Shown: positions 10,432 to 21,100, counted from the stretch's first letter. The stretch is DNA of 64,000 nt from Lysobacterales bacterium (GCA_022844165.1 JALHMH010000013.1:54045-118044); one strand, 5' to 3'. Notes: generated by a model from the sequence alone, not told the origin. Made by a program: numbers and translations.

Positions 10432-11228
10432 GGACCTCTCAATTTCTCGACCGCTACGGCCCATGGGCATTGGTGACCGGCGCATCGGATGGTATTGGCA
10501 GAGCGTTCGCTTCAGACTTGGCAAATCGGGGCCTGAATTTGATTCTGGTCGCACGGCGCGCGGGAATTCTGAGCGAGTTTGCGCGAGATTTGCGTTTACG
10601 CAGCAACATCGAGTGCGAGGTTCGGGCACTCGACCTGGGCGACTCAAAAGCGCTCCTGGATTTATGCAAGGAGATGAGCGATCGGCCGATCGGACTGCTC
10701 GTCGCGGCGGCCGGATTCGGTACATCGGGCGCATTCCTGCAAACCAGCACAATGGACGAGCTGGACCAGATCGACGTAAATTGCCGGGCTGTGATGGCTC
10801 TGTGCAAAACGTGCGCGCCGGGCATGGCTCAACGTGGTCGCGGAGGAATGGTCCTTCTGAGTTCCATCGTTGCCTTCCAGGGCGTTCCCAGGGCGAGCAA
10901 TTACGCCGCCACCAAAGCCTATGTTCAAACACTGGCAGAAGGGCTCGCGCACGAACTTTCAGTGCAGGGTATCGATGTTCTGGCTTGCGCCCCGGGCCCG
11001 GTATCCAGCGGTTTCGCAGACCGGGCTGGCATGCGCCTGGGCGCTACAGTAAGCACATCCATCGTCGCCCAGGAGACATTGCATGCCTTGGGCAAAAGGT
11101 CCTTGGTTCGTCCTGGATTTCTCTCGAAACTTCTGGGCTACTCGCTAATGACCGCGCCACGCTCGCTGCGCGTGCGCATCATGACGCAAATAATGAGCGG
11201 GATGACAGCGCATCGGCGATCATCGTAG
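10428..11228 (+). CDS. SDR family oxidoreductase
   Basis: YGPWALVTGASDGIG, LSS, YAATK catalytic motif; ATGA overlap with upstream gene. Confidence 0.93.
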   Translation: MRTSQFLDRYGPWALVTGASDGIGRAFASDLANRGLNLILVARRAGILSEFARDLRLRSNIECEVRALDLGDSKALLDLCKEMSDRPIGLLVAAAGFGTSGAFLQTSTMDELDQIDVNCRAVMALCKTCAPGMAQRGRGGMVLLSSIVAFQGVPRASNYAATKAYVQTLAEGLAHELSVQGIDVLACAPGPVSSGFADRAGMRLGATVSTSIVAQETLHALGKRSLVRPGFLSKLLGYSLMTAPRSLRVRIMTQIMSGMTAHRRSS

Positions 11229-11256
11229 GTTGCCATGACACCTCGAAGCCCGTCGA

Positions 11257-11850
11257 ATGAGCAAGAAAGCTCCCATTCCGCTCAAGGACTCGTGCGTCGA
11301 AGCCGCGCGCGAAGTGATTGCAGAAAAGGGGCTGGAGGCTCTCAGCCTTCGCGAAGTAGCGCGTAAGCTGGGCGTCTCGCATCAGGCGCCTTATCGACAC
11401 TACCCCTCGCGAGATCACTTACTCGCCGCTGTCATGGCCCGATGTTTCGAGGACTTCCGTATGCATCTGGAATCGCGTCCCACGTCGGTGGACGCGGAAC
11501 ATGACCTTGGCGAACTTGGCCGAGCGTATCTGCAGTACGCCAACGACCACCCGCTCGAGTATCGATTGATGTTCAGCACACCATGGCCAGCACCGGCCGA
11601 ACATCCCGATCTCGTTCGCAATGCGGTATTTGCGTTCGATGTGCTGCGCAACGTGCTGCGGCTGCTCGCCGGGACAATGCCACCTGAAGAGATCGATCAG
11701 CGCGCGCTGTTCATCTGGTCTTGCGTACACGGCTTGTGCGGCATTCGAACAGGCGACGTGATGCAGCATTTAGCGATCGCACCATCGGTCACGGATCTGC
11801 CCGGCGAACAGGTCCTGGCAATGATCAGCCTCGCGATGCGGCCCGTTTAG
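11257..11850 (+). CDS. TetR/AcrR family transcriptional regulator (WHG-type C-terminus)
   Basis: LSLREVARKLGVSHQAPYRHY HTH; WSCVHG in the C-terminal domain. Confidence 0.93.
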   Translation: MSKKAPIPLKDSCVEAAREVIAEKGLEALSLREVARKLGVSHQAPYRHYPSRDHLLAAVMARCFEDFRMHLESRPTSVDAEHDLGELGRAYLQYANDHPLEYRLMFSTPWPAPAEHPDLVRNAVFAFDVLRNVLRLLAGTMPPEEIDQRALFIWSCVHGLCGIRTGDVMQHLAIAPSVTDLPGEQVLAMISLAMRPV

Positions 11851-11871
11851 GCTGGTATGGTGTTCCGCAGA

Positions 11872-11925
11872 GGCATCAAAAGCCAAAGCTTCTCCGAGCA
11901 ACAAAATCCGGCTCCGTCAAGGCTC
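11872..11925 (-). repeat. Truncated copy (D) of dispersed intergenic element
   Basis: Reverse complement reads CCTTGACGGAGCCGGAT...GGAGAAGCTTTGGCTTTTG, matching the 5' end of copies at 31243, 49928 and 54098 with an internal deletion. Confidence 0.6.
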
Positions 11926-11994
11926 CAACAGCTGCGAAAGTTCGATACCTCTCTTTAGATGCGATCATCACAGCTCGCCACACGAATCAAAAAA

Positions 11995-12798
11995 ATGACC
12001 GACCCTCGCTCTCTCGCGTACGAATGCCTGACCGAGATGTCGCCAGCCTCGAAATGCGCAAGAACCCTCGCTTCAGAAATGGCGATTCGCTCAAACCACC
12101 TGTCGATCACGGCGACTCAGGCGAAACCACTTCTGGTACCCGGTCGGCCATTGCGTCCACGGCTGGTCGAACCTCGACAGCTCAAGCAGCGCAAGTTGAA
12201 TACTGCACAAGGGCGTGCGGCATTGGTGCACGCCATCGCACACATCGAGTTCAACGCCATCAACCTGGCTTGGGATGCTGTGTATCGCTTTGCCGGAATG
12301 CCGGATGCCTTTTACCGCGACTGGGCGAGCGTTGCCGCCGATGAAGCCCGACATTTCTTGATGCTTCAGTCACGACTCGGGGAGCTTGGCTTTGCCTACG
12401 GAGATTTCCCAGCGCATAACGGGCTATGGCAGATGGCTATCGACACCGCAGATGACATTGTTGCGCGAATGGCCCTCGTGCCCCGAGTGCTTGAGGCGCG
12501 TGGGCTGGATGTTACGCCTGGAATGATCCAGCGCCTGTCAGCAGCAGGCGATATGGACACGGTAGCGAAACTGTGCGTCATCCTCAATGAGGAGGTGCGG
12601 CACGTGGCGATCGGCTCGCTCTGGTTCAAGTTCGCGTGTCAGCAGCGCAACCTCGAACCCAAGTCCACCTTCCGATCCCTGCTCAAACACTACTCGATGG
12701 AACGCCTCCGCGGCCCGTTCAATGTGTCGGCGCGCCTGGATGCAGGTTTCGATGCTGAGGAGATCGCAATGCTCGAGTCGCTGTGCACCTCGCAATAG
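11995..12798 (+). CDS. Ferritin-like domain protein (DUF455)
   Basis: PGRP, HAIAHIEFNAINLAWD, DEARHF, HNGLW, EARGLD, EEVRHV. Confidence 0.9.
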   Translation: MTDPRSLAYECLTEMSPASKCARTLASEMAIRSNHLSITATQAKPLLVPGRPLRPRLVEPRQLKQRKLNTAQGRAALVHAIAHIEFNAINLAWDAVYRFAGMPDAFYRDWASVAADEARHFLMLQSRLGELGFAYGDFPAHNGLWQMAIDTADDIVARMALVPRVLEARGLDVTPGMIQRLSAAGDMDTVAKLCVILNEEVRHVAIGSLWFKFACQQRNLEPKSTFRSLLKHYSMERLRGPFNVSARLDAGFDAEEIAMLESLCTSQ

Positions 12799-12874
12799 CG
12801 TAGGCTAATGCTGCGGTTCGCTCCTCGCTTTGACCGCTCCAAAAGAATGGCGGAAGTCGCCGCGACGGCGCAGA

Positions 12875-13348
12875 TTAACTGCCGCGGTGGTAAGGATGGT
12901 TCCCCAATTGGCTTAGCGCGCGAAACAACTGCTCGGCGAGCACGATGCGCACGAGGGCATGGGGCAGAGTGAGCGGACCCAAACTCCATCTTTGATGGGC
13001 CGCCGTCAAACACTGAGTTGCAAGCCCATCCGGCCCGCCGATCAGAAAACACAAATCACGACCGTCCATCATCCATGCCGTGAGTTGCTTGGCCAATGCC
13101 TCAGACGACCAGGCTTCGCCACGACCATCCAGAGCAATCACACGGTGCAGTTTGGGTATCGCCGCAAACATGCGCTGGCCTTCATCGAGCACGGCGCGAT
13201 TGGGATCCATCGATTTGCCTCGCGGACCAAGGGGCAACTCGGTCAATGTCAATGGCAGCGAGCGCTCCAGGCGCATGGCATAGTCCTCGAAACCCTGTTT
13301 GATCCACACTGGCGCACGTTCGGCAATCGAAAGAATCCGCGCGCGCAT
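12875..13348 (-). CDS. rlmH: 23S rRNA pseudouridine1915 N3-methyltransferase
   Basis: LDGRG, FLIGGPDG, SLGPLTLPHALVR, HPYHR; ATG at 13348. Confidence 0.95.
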   Translation of the reverse strand: MRARILSIAERAPVWIKQGFEDYAMRLERSLPLTLTELPLGPRGKSMDPNRAVLDEGQRMFAAIPKLHRVIALDGRGEAWSSEALAKQLTAWMMDGRDLCFLIGGPDGLATQCLTAAHQRWSLGPLTLPHALVRIVLAEQLFRALSQLGNHPYHRGS

Positions 13349-13353
13349 AGCGA

Positions 13354-13908
13354 TCAGAGCGCGGCCGCTGCGCGCGATTCCTCGACGATTCCCCACATGC
13401 GTTCGAGCTGATAAAACTCGCGGGTGCGCGGCAGCATGACGTGAATGACCGTGTCGCCAAGATCGACGAGAATCCACTCGGCGTCTTTTTCGCCTTCAAC
13501 CCCAAGCGGCGAGTAACCGAATTTCTTTGCCGTCACAACCACCTCATCGCCCATCGATTTGACGTGGCGTGTAGACGTGCCGCTGGCGATGACGATGAAG
13601 TCGCAAACGCTGGTTTTTCCGCGCACATCGATGATTCGAAGATCGTTGGCCTTCATCGAATCCAAGCGCGCCACGACAGCTTCGCGGACCACCTCATCAA
13701 TGGTTTTTTGCGGCACGGTTTTTTGCGCTTTGCGCGCTCGCTTGATCGTACCACCCTCAGCGCTCGCAAACTCACTCGCAACCGTCTGACGCGGCGAAGC
13801 GCGTTTGCGTACCTTTGGGGCCGTCTCGATCGTGCTTCCAGCAGGCTGCTTCACTGCTGGTTTTGCCTTCATTCGTTTGCGCGGCGGATGATCTGTTTCG
13901 GTGGTCAA
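13354..13908 (-). CDS. rsfS: Ribosome silencing factor with long basic N-terminal extension
   Basis: KANDLRIIDV...IASGTSTRHV...WILVDLGDTVIHVM...REFYQLERMW; start uncertain (TTG 13908 or ATG 13872). Confidence 0.9.
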   Translation of the reverse strand: MTTETDHPPRKRMKAKPAVKQPAGSTIETAPKVRKRASPRQTVASEFASAEGGTIKRARKAQKTVPQKTIDEVVREAVVARLDSMKANDLRIIDVRGKTSVCDFIVIASGTSTRHVKSMGDEVVVTAKKFGYSPLGVEGEKDAEWILVDLGDTVIHVMLPRTREFYQLERMWGIVEESRAAAAL

Positions 13909-13939
13909 AGTTCTCGTTTCTCTTGTTGGACAGGTGGAA

Positions 13940-14581
13940 TTATAAGTGGCGATACCAGCGCCGATCATCAATCATCTGGCGCACAGGTTCAGGAACCAGA
14001 TGCATGATCGATCGACGGGCCATGATGCGCTCGCGAATCATGGTCGAGGAAATTGGCAACAACGGAATCTGTAGTCGAAGAATCTTACCGCCGCTCGCTG
14101 ACCGCAATTCGGCGGGATCAGACGTCGATCGATGCGCGAGCTCCAGTTCAAGACGCGGGTCAATCAGCCCATTGGCATCTGGCCTCGTCAGCACAACCAG
14201 ATGCGCAAGCTCAAACAGTTGCTGCCAACGATGCCAGAGCGCTAGGCCAGAGAATGCATCGGCGCCAACGATCCAGATCACTGAAGCATCGCAACCCAAT
14301 TCATGTCGAATCGAACCCAGGGTGTCGACTGAGTACGACGGCCCCTGCCGCTCCAATTCGCGACAATCGCAGCGAAATCTGGGTTCGGCACTAATGGCAG
14401 CCTTGACCATCGATGCCCGATCGCTCGCAGAAATCCCCGGCACGACCCGATGCGCAGGCATTGCGCATGGTACAAAGCTCAGCTCTGCCAAGCCCAAAGC
14501 CTCAATCGTCTCGATACCAGCGCGAAGGTGACCGATGTGAGGTGGATCGAATGTCCCGCCCAGGAATGCTGCAGTCCTCAC
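13940..14581 (-). CDS. nadD: Nicotinate-nucleotide adenylyltransferase
   Basis: GGTFDPPHIGH, SYSVDTL, GADAF, ISSTMIR; GTG start overlapping the holA stop (GTGA). Confidence 0.93.
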   Translation of the reverse strand: MRTAAFLGGTFDPPHIGHLRAGIETIEALGLAELSFVPCAMPAHRVVPGISASDRASMVKAAISAEPRFRCDCRELERQGPSYSVDTLGSIRHELGCDASVIWIVGADAFSGLALWHRWQQLFELAHLVVLTRPDANGLIDPRLELELAHRSTSDPAELRSASGGKILRLQIPLLPISSTMIRERIMARRSIMHLVPEPVRQMIDDRRWYRHL

Positions 14582-15582
14582 GCTGCAAATCGCTCTGCCT
14601 GCGTCGGAATTGCTGCTCGCAAAAGCCAACGTTCCATAAGCACCCAAGAATCTCCAGCCTCGCGGCCTTTCGCCGCGCCATCCACGATGCGTGCCTCTCG
14701 AAAGAGTTGTGCCCAAGGCCGATCAAGCGCTCGCTGATACAAGGCCATTCGCGATCCAAACACACCACGCGTAGGCCAGAAGTTCGACAGATTCCCTTGC
14801 ATCGCCGAAGCCATCATCAAGGTCTGCATCTGTCCGATCGGATACCAAAGAAGCCCTGCCGGTTCCTCGCCTTCAGCACGGAGCGCATGCAATATGTGGC
14901 GAACACGCTCAGGATCGCCGCGCAGTACGGCCTCCCAAAGCGTCTGCACATCGTAGCGCGCGTGATCCGCCACAAGATCCACCAGGGTCAGAACATCGAC
15001 GACCTGCCCGGATGTCAGCAGGGCGAGTTTCGCAAGCTCCTGATCAGCGGCCAACAGGTTCCCTTCGGCGCGTGCGTTCAGCTCTTCCATGGCGTCATGG
15101 GTCAATTGCACTTTGTGTCGAGCCGCTCGGCGCTGCAACCACGGGAGGAAATCGTCACGATTCATGGGTGGGATCGACACCACTACTCCTGTGGCGTCGA
15201 TTGCTTGAACCCAGTCCTGACGTTCGAGTGTTTTGTTCCATTCAGGTAGTGTCACGAGCAAGATATCCAGCCCAGGATCACGCGCGAATTCCCCGATCGC
15301 CTCTGCCGCACCTTGTGTGATCTTGAGGTTCGAAAAACGCACCTCAATCAACCGTGTCTGCGCGAAAAGCCCAAGGGAACGAACATCGATTCGCCATTCG
15401 TCCCAATCGAATCCCGAACCGACGTCGAAAACGAGACGATCCGTTGCACCAGAATTTCGCGCAGCCTGCCGTAGCGCGTCTGCAGCCTCAATGGCGAGCA
15501 AGGGTTCGCTGCCGGCTATCAGATAACTCGACCTTAACCCGTTACGCAGTTGCCCATCGAGTTGATCGGCACGAACGCGCAT
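14578..15582 (-). CDS. holA: DNA polymerase III subunit delta
   Basis: YLIAGSEPLL, SLGLFA, EGNLLAADQELAKL; upstream of nadD-rsfS-rlmH. Confidence 0.92.
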   Translation of the reverse strand: MRVRADQLDGQLRNGLRSSYLIAGSEPLLAIEAADALRQAARNSGATDRLVFDVGSGFDWDEWRIDVRSLGLFAQTRLIEVRFSNLKITQGAAEAIGEFARDPGLDILLVTLPEWNKTLERQDWVQAIDATGVVVSIPPMNRDDFLPWLQRRAARHKVQLTHDAMEELNARAEGNLLAADQELAKLALLTSGQVVDVLTLVDLVADHARYDVQTLWEAVLRGDPERVRHILHALRAEGEEPAGLLWYPIGQMQTLMMASAMQGNLSNFWPTRGVFGSRMALYQRALDRPWAQLFREARIVDGAAKGREAGDSWVLMERWLLRAAIPTQAERFAA

Positions 15583-16049
15583 CAGGCTGCGGCAAGCAGC
15601 GACTGGTTGATCAAAAGTTCGATCTGCCCGAGATCTGGAATCACCGCCTGATCATCCCGAACGAGCACGTTCATCAGTACGCCAGGGCGAGTTGGTACGG
15701 AATCGGAAGCGGAGACAAGCACCTCCGGCGACAGCGTCGTCAGTCGAGGAAATCCCTGCGCCAACATCGCCAGAAACGGCATTCTTTGGTACCCACCAAG
15801 CGCTTTCAGAACTGTCACACGAGTACCGCGCGCACCCTCATCCAACGCCATGCCAGCGAGGAGGGAGAAAGAAAACAGAGGAATGCGCCACCCACGCCAC
15901 GCCACGCGCCCCAGGAGCCATGCGGGCGCATTGGCGATCTTTTCCGGTGTCGAGAGTGTAATCACCTCGGCGACGCTTGCATTCGGCAAAAGAACGCGTC
16001 CATTGGTGACCGGGATCATGAGGCCGCGAATTTCGCGCTGATCAATCAT
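15582..16049 (-). CDS. chpC: CheW-like protein of the Pil-Chp system
   Basis: LLPNASVAEVI, WLLGRVAWRGWRIPL, QGFPRL; last gene of the Pil-Chp cluster. Confidence 0.85.
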   Translation of the reverse strand: MIDQREIRGLMIPVTNGRVLLPNASVAEVITLSTPEKIANAPAWLLGRVAWRGWRIPLFSFSLLAGMALDEGARGTRVTVLKALGGYQRMPFLAMLAQGFPRLTTLSPEVLVSASDSVPTRPGVLMNVLVRDDQAVIPDLGQIELLINQSLLAAA

Positions 16050-16112
16050 TTTATTTCCCCACGTTCACTTAGCCACTTGCCATTCACCGAACCAGTTCGC
16101 TCACCCAGAAAC

Positions 16113-18125
16113 TCAGCTCAGCACACTGTTAACTCGTTCGGCCAGCTCATCAGCCGAACCCTCGAATCGAACCACACCCTGTGCCTTCGCTGCGTCGATC
16201 ATGGATGCAATAACACAACTCTTTCGGTCTTGCACCCACGTCTCGCCACCGCGCTGACCAAGATAGCGCGCCCCTTCGACGGCGTCTCCACCCATTCCGC
16301 TGAAGAGGACCAATGTTGCTTGATCGCCAAATCGATCTGCAGCGTCGCGAACAATTTGATCGATCGACGGACTATAGGGAGAGTTGGACTGAATGGGCGA
16401 CAGTCGAATACAACCGCTATCGTCGATTCTTAACTCCTCACCTGCCGGTGCGACCACGACCTCGCCATGTTTCAGTCGCTCACCATTCTTCGGATAGCGA
16501 ACGCTCAGTGGTGTGGCGGCATCAAGTTGCATCGCCATCATCTCCAAAAATTCAGCGCCCATATGCTGTGCGACCACAAAGGCCGCCGCCGTATTGGCAG
16601 TGAGTTTGGCCAAGAACGCCTTGATGGCCTCAGGACCTCCAATCGAAGCGCCAAGTACGAAAACACGGTTCAAGTCAGGCAGCGAAAGACCTAGAACCGG
16701 CGTTGGAGAGTTGCTCGCAAACAGCCCGTCGAAATCGTCGACCAGCGCAAGGTCGCCCGCGTTCGGTTCGTCGGCAGAAAAGTCCAGTGCGAAGTCGAGG
16801 TCAGACAATGCCAGATCGTCACCATTCGTTGGCGCTGGCTTTACGGAACCAGACTCCGCTTTGGTGTCAAAGTCGAAGTCGGCGGAAAAATCCAGCGTAT
16901 CAATACTGAATTGCGCTTCGCTCTCCACCACCGACGCAGTGTTTTTTTCCGGTTCATCGAACAACTTCAAATCGGCCAACGCCAGTGATTCCTCAAACTG
17001 AGGAGGCAGAGTCTTCTCGATCGGCTTAGCGGGCGGCTTCGGGCTTTGGCTCATCTCGCTAACAAGCGGCTTCGAAGGCGCATCCAGCCGCCACTCAGCT
17101 ACTGTCTTCCCCACATTCGTTTTGGGCAGCTCTTCGGGCATCTCTACCGGTTCGAGCGACCACTCAATAGGCGCTTCAACGGCTTTAGGTTCAGTGCGTG
17201 TTGCTTTGGACTCGGAAATCGCTATTGGCGTTGGCTCGCCAGACAATTCCGCAAACAGTGCGTCGAGATCCGCCAAATCGCTGCTGCCAGACCCTGACTG
17301 AGTGACATCCGCAAGCGAAGAAGGCGCATCGAACAATTCGACGTCGTTTGGCAGTGGATCCGACGCCGTCGCTGACACCTCAACCAAAGTCGGCTCAGCG
17401 AATAGCGCATCAAGCTCTGATAAATCATCCACGACCGAGGACTGCGCTGTGGTCGGTGCGGCCATCGGGCTCGGCCCAAACAAGAACTCATCCAATGGAA
17501 TTTCTGAGTCGCCCACCGTCTGAGCCGCGCTGATCACCGGCACCTCTCGGGTGATTGGCAATGCCAGGGCGGGTGCATCAAAATTGATGTCGGCCAAATT
17601 TGCGAACGTATCGTCGGAATCGGCGTTGCCAAGTGCACCCACCACGTTCAGCGGCCCCTTTGCGGGCACTTGTCGCTGAGTGACAGGCGGCGCCACAATC
17701 TCGTCGGCCAGCCTGGTCAATGTGGCTGTTGTGGCAACTGGCCGCTTCGGCTCCGGAATCGACTGAGCGTCAGGCGGCGGCGGCGGTGTAACGTTGCTCC
17801 CGCCCTTTAACTTTGCCGACAAGTGGCGGAGCCATCTCGCGCGATCCCAACCGCTTAAGTCACTGGAAGCTTCCGGATCGTTGAAAATCACCGGCTGACT
17901 TGCAGTTTCCAGAGCGTCAGTCACCAGATCGAGCAAATCGTCGAGTTCCGAATCGAGATTGACCACGATGGCATCGACACCGCTGCTTAGAATGCCCTGC
18001 GAATCAATGGAATCGGCCCGCGACTCAAAAGCAACGCGTACCCCGGCGTTGGCCAACGCCGCGCGCAAGGCAACCGAACTTTCAGCCTGTTGATAAACCA
18101 GGGCGACAGAAAATTCAGTGGACAT
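16113..18125 (-). CDS. chpB: CheB-like methylesterase with long acidic linker
   Basis: C-terminal GASIGGP, AQHM, YSPSID, SGMGGD; follows chpA. Confidence 0.85.
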   Translation of the reverse strand: MSTEFSVALVYQQAESSVALRAALANAGVRVAFESRADSIDSQGILSSGVDAIVVNLDSELDDLLDLVTDALETASQPVIFNDPEASSDLSGWDRARWLRHLSAKLKGGSNVTPPPPPDAQSIPEPKRPVATTATLTRLADEIVAPPVTQRQVPAKGPLNVVGALGNADSDDTFANLADINFDAPALALPITREVPVISAAQTVGDSEIPLDEFLFGPSPMAAPTTAQSSVVDDLSELDALFAEPTLVEVSATASDPLPNDVELFDAPSSLADVTQSGSGSSDLADLDALFAELSGEPTPIAISESKATRTEPKAVEAPIEWSLEPVEMPEELPKTNVGKTVAEWRLDAPSKPLVSEMSQSPKPPAKPIEKTLPPQFEESLALADLKLFDEPEKNTASVVESEAQFSIDTLDFSADFDFDTKAESGSVKPAPTNGDDLALSDLDFALDFSADEPNAGDLALVDDFDGLFASNSPTPVLGLSLPDLNRVFVLGASIGGPEAIKAFLAKLTANTAAAFVVAQHMGAEFLEMMAMQLDAATPLSVRYPKNGERLKHGEVVVAPAGEELRIDDSGCIRLSPIQSNSPYSPSIDQIVRDAADRFGDQATLVLFSGMGGDAVEGARYLGQRGGETWVQDRKSCVIASMIDAAKAQGVVRFEGSADELAERVNSVLS

Positions 18126-21100
18126 TGGCGTGGCCCGCGGTCAGTGCTTCTTGCACGTTCTTTAACAGATCACTTTCCTGGTAAGGCTTCCCGAGATAAC
18201 GATCAACTCCGATTTCCATCGCCCGCTGGCGATGCTTCTCGCCGGTTCGCGACGTAATCATGATAATTGGAATGTGCTTAAGTCGATGGTCATTACGGAT
18301 ATAAGTTGCGACTTCGTATCCATCCATACGCGGCATTTCGATATCCAGGAGGATAACGTCCGGCAAGCGATCTTGAAGCTGCTCTACCGCATCCAGGCCG
18401 TCCTTGGCGGTGAAGACATCAAAGTCAGCGCGTTCCAGTACGCGAGTGGTGACTTTGCGCATCGTGATCGAGTCATCCACCACCATCACCAATGGTTGCC
18501 GGCGAGTTGCCGGTTCCGGCAGCGGCTCAAGCAACTCGAGTGCTGCGGCCAGTTCCGGCGCCTGACGCAGCGCCACGCCATGGCGAACCAACGGCGCCAG
18601 ATCGAGAATGACGACTACTCGACCATCGCCCATGATTGTGGCGCCAAAAATGCCGGGAACCGAACTGAGCTGTGCCCCCGCCGACTTGACCACCACTTCC
18701 TTGGAACCGATGACGTGACTGACTCGAATCGCGGCACGCTGATCGCCCGTTCGGCTCATCAACATCGGCACCTGGGTTTCCTCTAACGAGTGATTCACCG
18801 GTGAGCGAAGCAGATCGCCTAAGTCGTAAATCTGGTACGTCTCGCCGCCATAAGCGATTTCCAACTGCTTTTGTTCAAGACGTCGGTCGAGTTCCTTTCG
18901 TGGCATTCGCGTGACGCCAGTGATGGACGTCATGGGTATGGCAAATGTCGCTTCTCCCAACCTCACCAAAACGGCCTGCGCAACTGCCAGCGTAAACGGC
19001 AACCGAATAGTGATGCGCGTGCCTTGTCCCGGATCAGAGTCAAGCTCCAGCGAGCCGCCCAGCTGTTTAACTTCGCTCGCGACGACGTCCATTCCAACAC
19101 CACGGCCCGCCACCTTGCTCACTTCATCGGCCGTCGAGAAACCCGCTTCCAGAACAAACTGATAAATGTCGCGGTCGCTCAATTGGGCTTCGGGATTCAT
19201 AAGCCCGCGCTCTATCGCTTTGCGTCGAATGGCATCGCGATTCATGCCGCCGCCATCGTCAACCACCTGAATCAATACCTCAGTCGCTTCGCGCGATACG
19301 CGGATGCTGACCGCACCCTCCTCGGCTTTGCCTCGCACACGCCGCACATCGGGCGACTCGATGCCGTGCGCTAACGAATTCCGCAACATGTGTTCGAAAG
19401 GAGCGGTCATTCGCTCGAGTACGGTGCGATCCATTTCGCCCTGAGTACCCTCAACTCGCAACTGCGCTTTCTTGCCGAGTTCTGTTGCCGTTTGGCGCAA
19501 AATACGACGCAGGCGCGGCACCAAACTCTCGAAGGGCACCATGCGAGTGCGCATCAAGCCTTCCTGGAGGTCAGAACTGACGCGCGACTGTTGCAAGAGC
19601 AACGTCTCCGACTGCCTTGCAATGTCGTCCAGCAAATTCTGAATCGAGACCAAGTCGGATACTGATTCTGCGAGTGCCCTTGAAAGCTGCTGCAAAGTCG
19701 AGAAACGATCCAATTCCAAAGGATCGAATTCGGTTCCGCCCGACTGTTCGGTTTCGCGCTGAAAACGCGACAAAATCTGCGCCTCAGTTTCCATTTCGAG
19801 CTTGCGCAACTGATCACGCAAACGGAGTACCGTCTGCTCGAACTCCACGAGGTTGAAGCGGAATCCGCCCATCTGCGCTTCAAGTCGGGAGCGATAAATC
19901 GACACCTCGCCTGCAAAGTTCACGAGATTGTCGAGCAAGTCGGCACGGACACGAATGAGTTCTTGCTGAGCAGCCCGCGCTGTGGCCTCGTCCTCGTCGA
20001 GCTGAGTCTTGCGTTTAGCGCTAGGGCGTGCTGCGGGCGGCGGTGCGACGCGCTCCGCTTCCGCCGTCTGCGCTGCCACCAATTTTGTTTCGGGAACAGC
20101 TGGCACCGAAACCGGCGTTGACACTTCCTGCGAAAGCAGCTCCGCCTCGCGACCTTCCAACACCATTTCGATACGGGCAATGATGTTCTCTGGCAAGGCA
20201 ATCGCTTGTCGAGCACGCACCCGCTGAACCATTCCGTGCAACCGATCGAAAGCACGCTCCAGGGATTCGATCGCAGGTCGCGTCGCTTTACGGTCACCTT
20301 GCGCAATGGCCTCGAACAATGATTCCATCGCATGACTAAGGTCACCGATTGGCGTCAGTCCGGCCATGCGGGCACCGCCCTTCAATGTATGAAGGTCGCG
20401 CTGCAATGCCGCCACGGTTTCTCTGTCCTCGGGCGATTCGCGTAACCGCGCCATCATGCCGTCGGCATGATCAAGAATATCCACTCCCTCTTCGACAAAG
20501 ATATCGAGCAATTCAAGATCAACGTCCGGCAGGTTCAAAGCCCCCGGTGGGTCGGTATCTCGATCGTCCCCGCCTTCCGGTTCTGCAGTTTCGCCAACGG
20601 CATCGCGGAGGTCTTGCGTCGTTTCCGCGTCCTTCAGGTGTTCCTCTTTGGCATCCCCGGAAACGCGGCTGAATTCGGGAACCGACGGATTGTCGCCAAG
20701 TGCTGCTTGCGCCAGTTCCATTGCCTCATCGGCTTCGACACCGTCGTGCTCAGATGCCAACTCGAAAATTGCGCCGCTGGAGGTTTCCGATTGCCCGGCA
20801 AAATCCGACAGCAGCTCGCCGGTTTCGCTCCCCGGGGCTTTGGCTAACGTGGAAAAATCGTCCTGTTCGTCTTCAGCCTCAGTGACCTCGATCGCGACGA
20901 CATCCAAGTTCGCGAGCGGCACGGCTTCAACATCGTCGACGGGTGTTGTGAGAGCCAACACGTCGTCCATCGAGACCGCATCAGGGCGCGCGCTGGAAAG
21001 CTCGCCGGAAGCAATCAGTTCACCGATTTCATCAGCGATCGCGAGCTCCGCTGGATCAAACGAGTCGTCGCTGAGCCAGCGGTCCAGTTCGACCTCGGCA

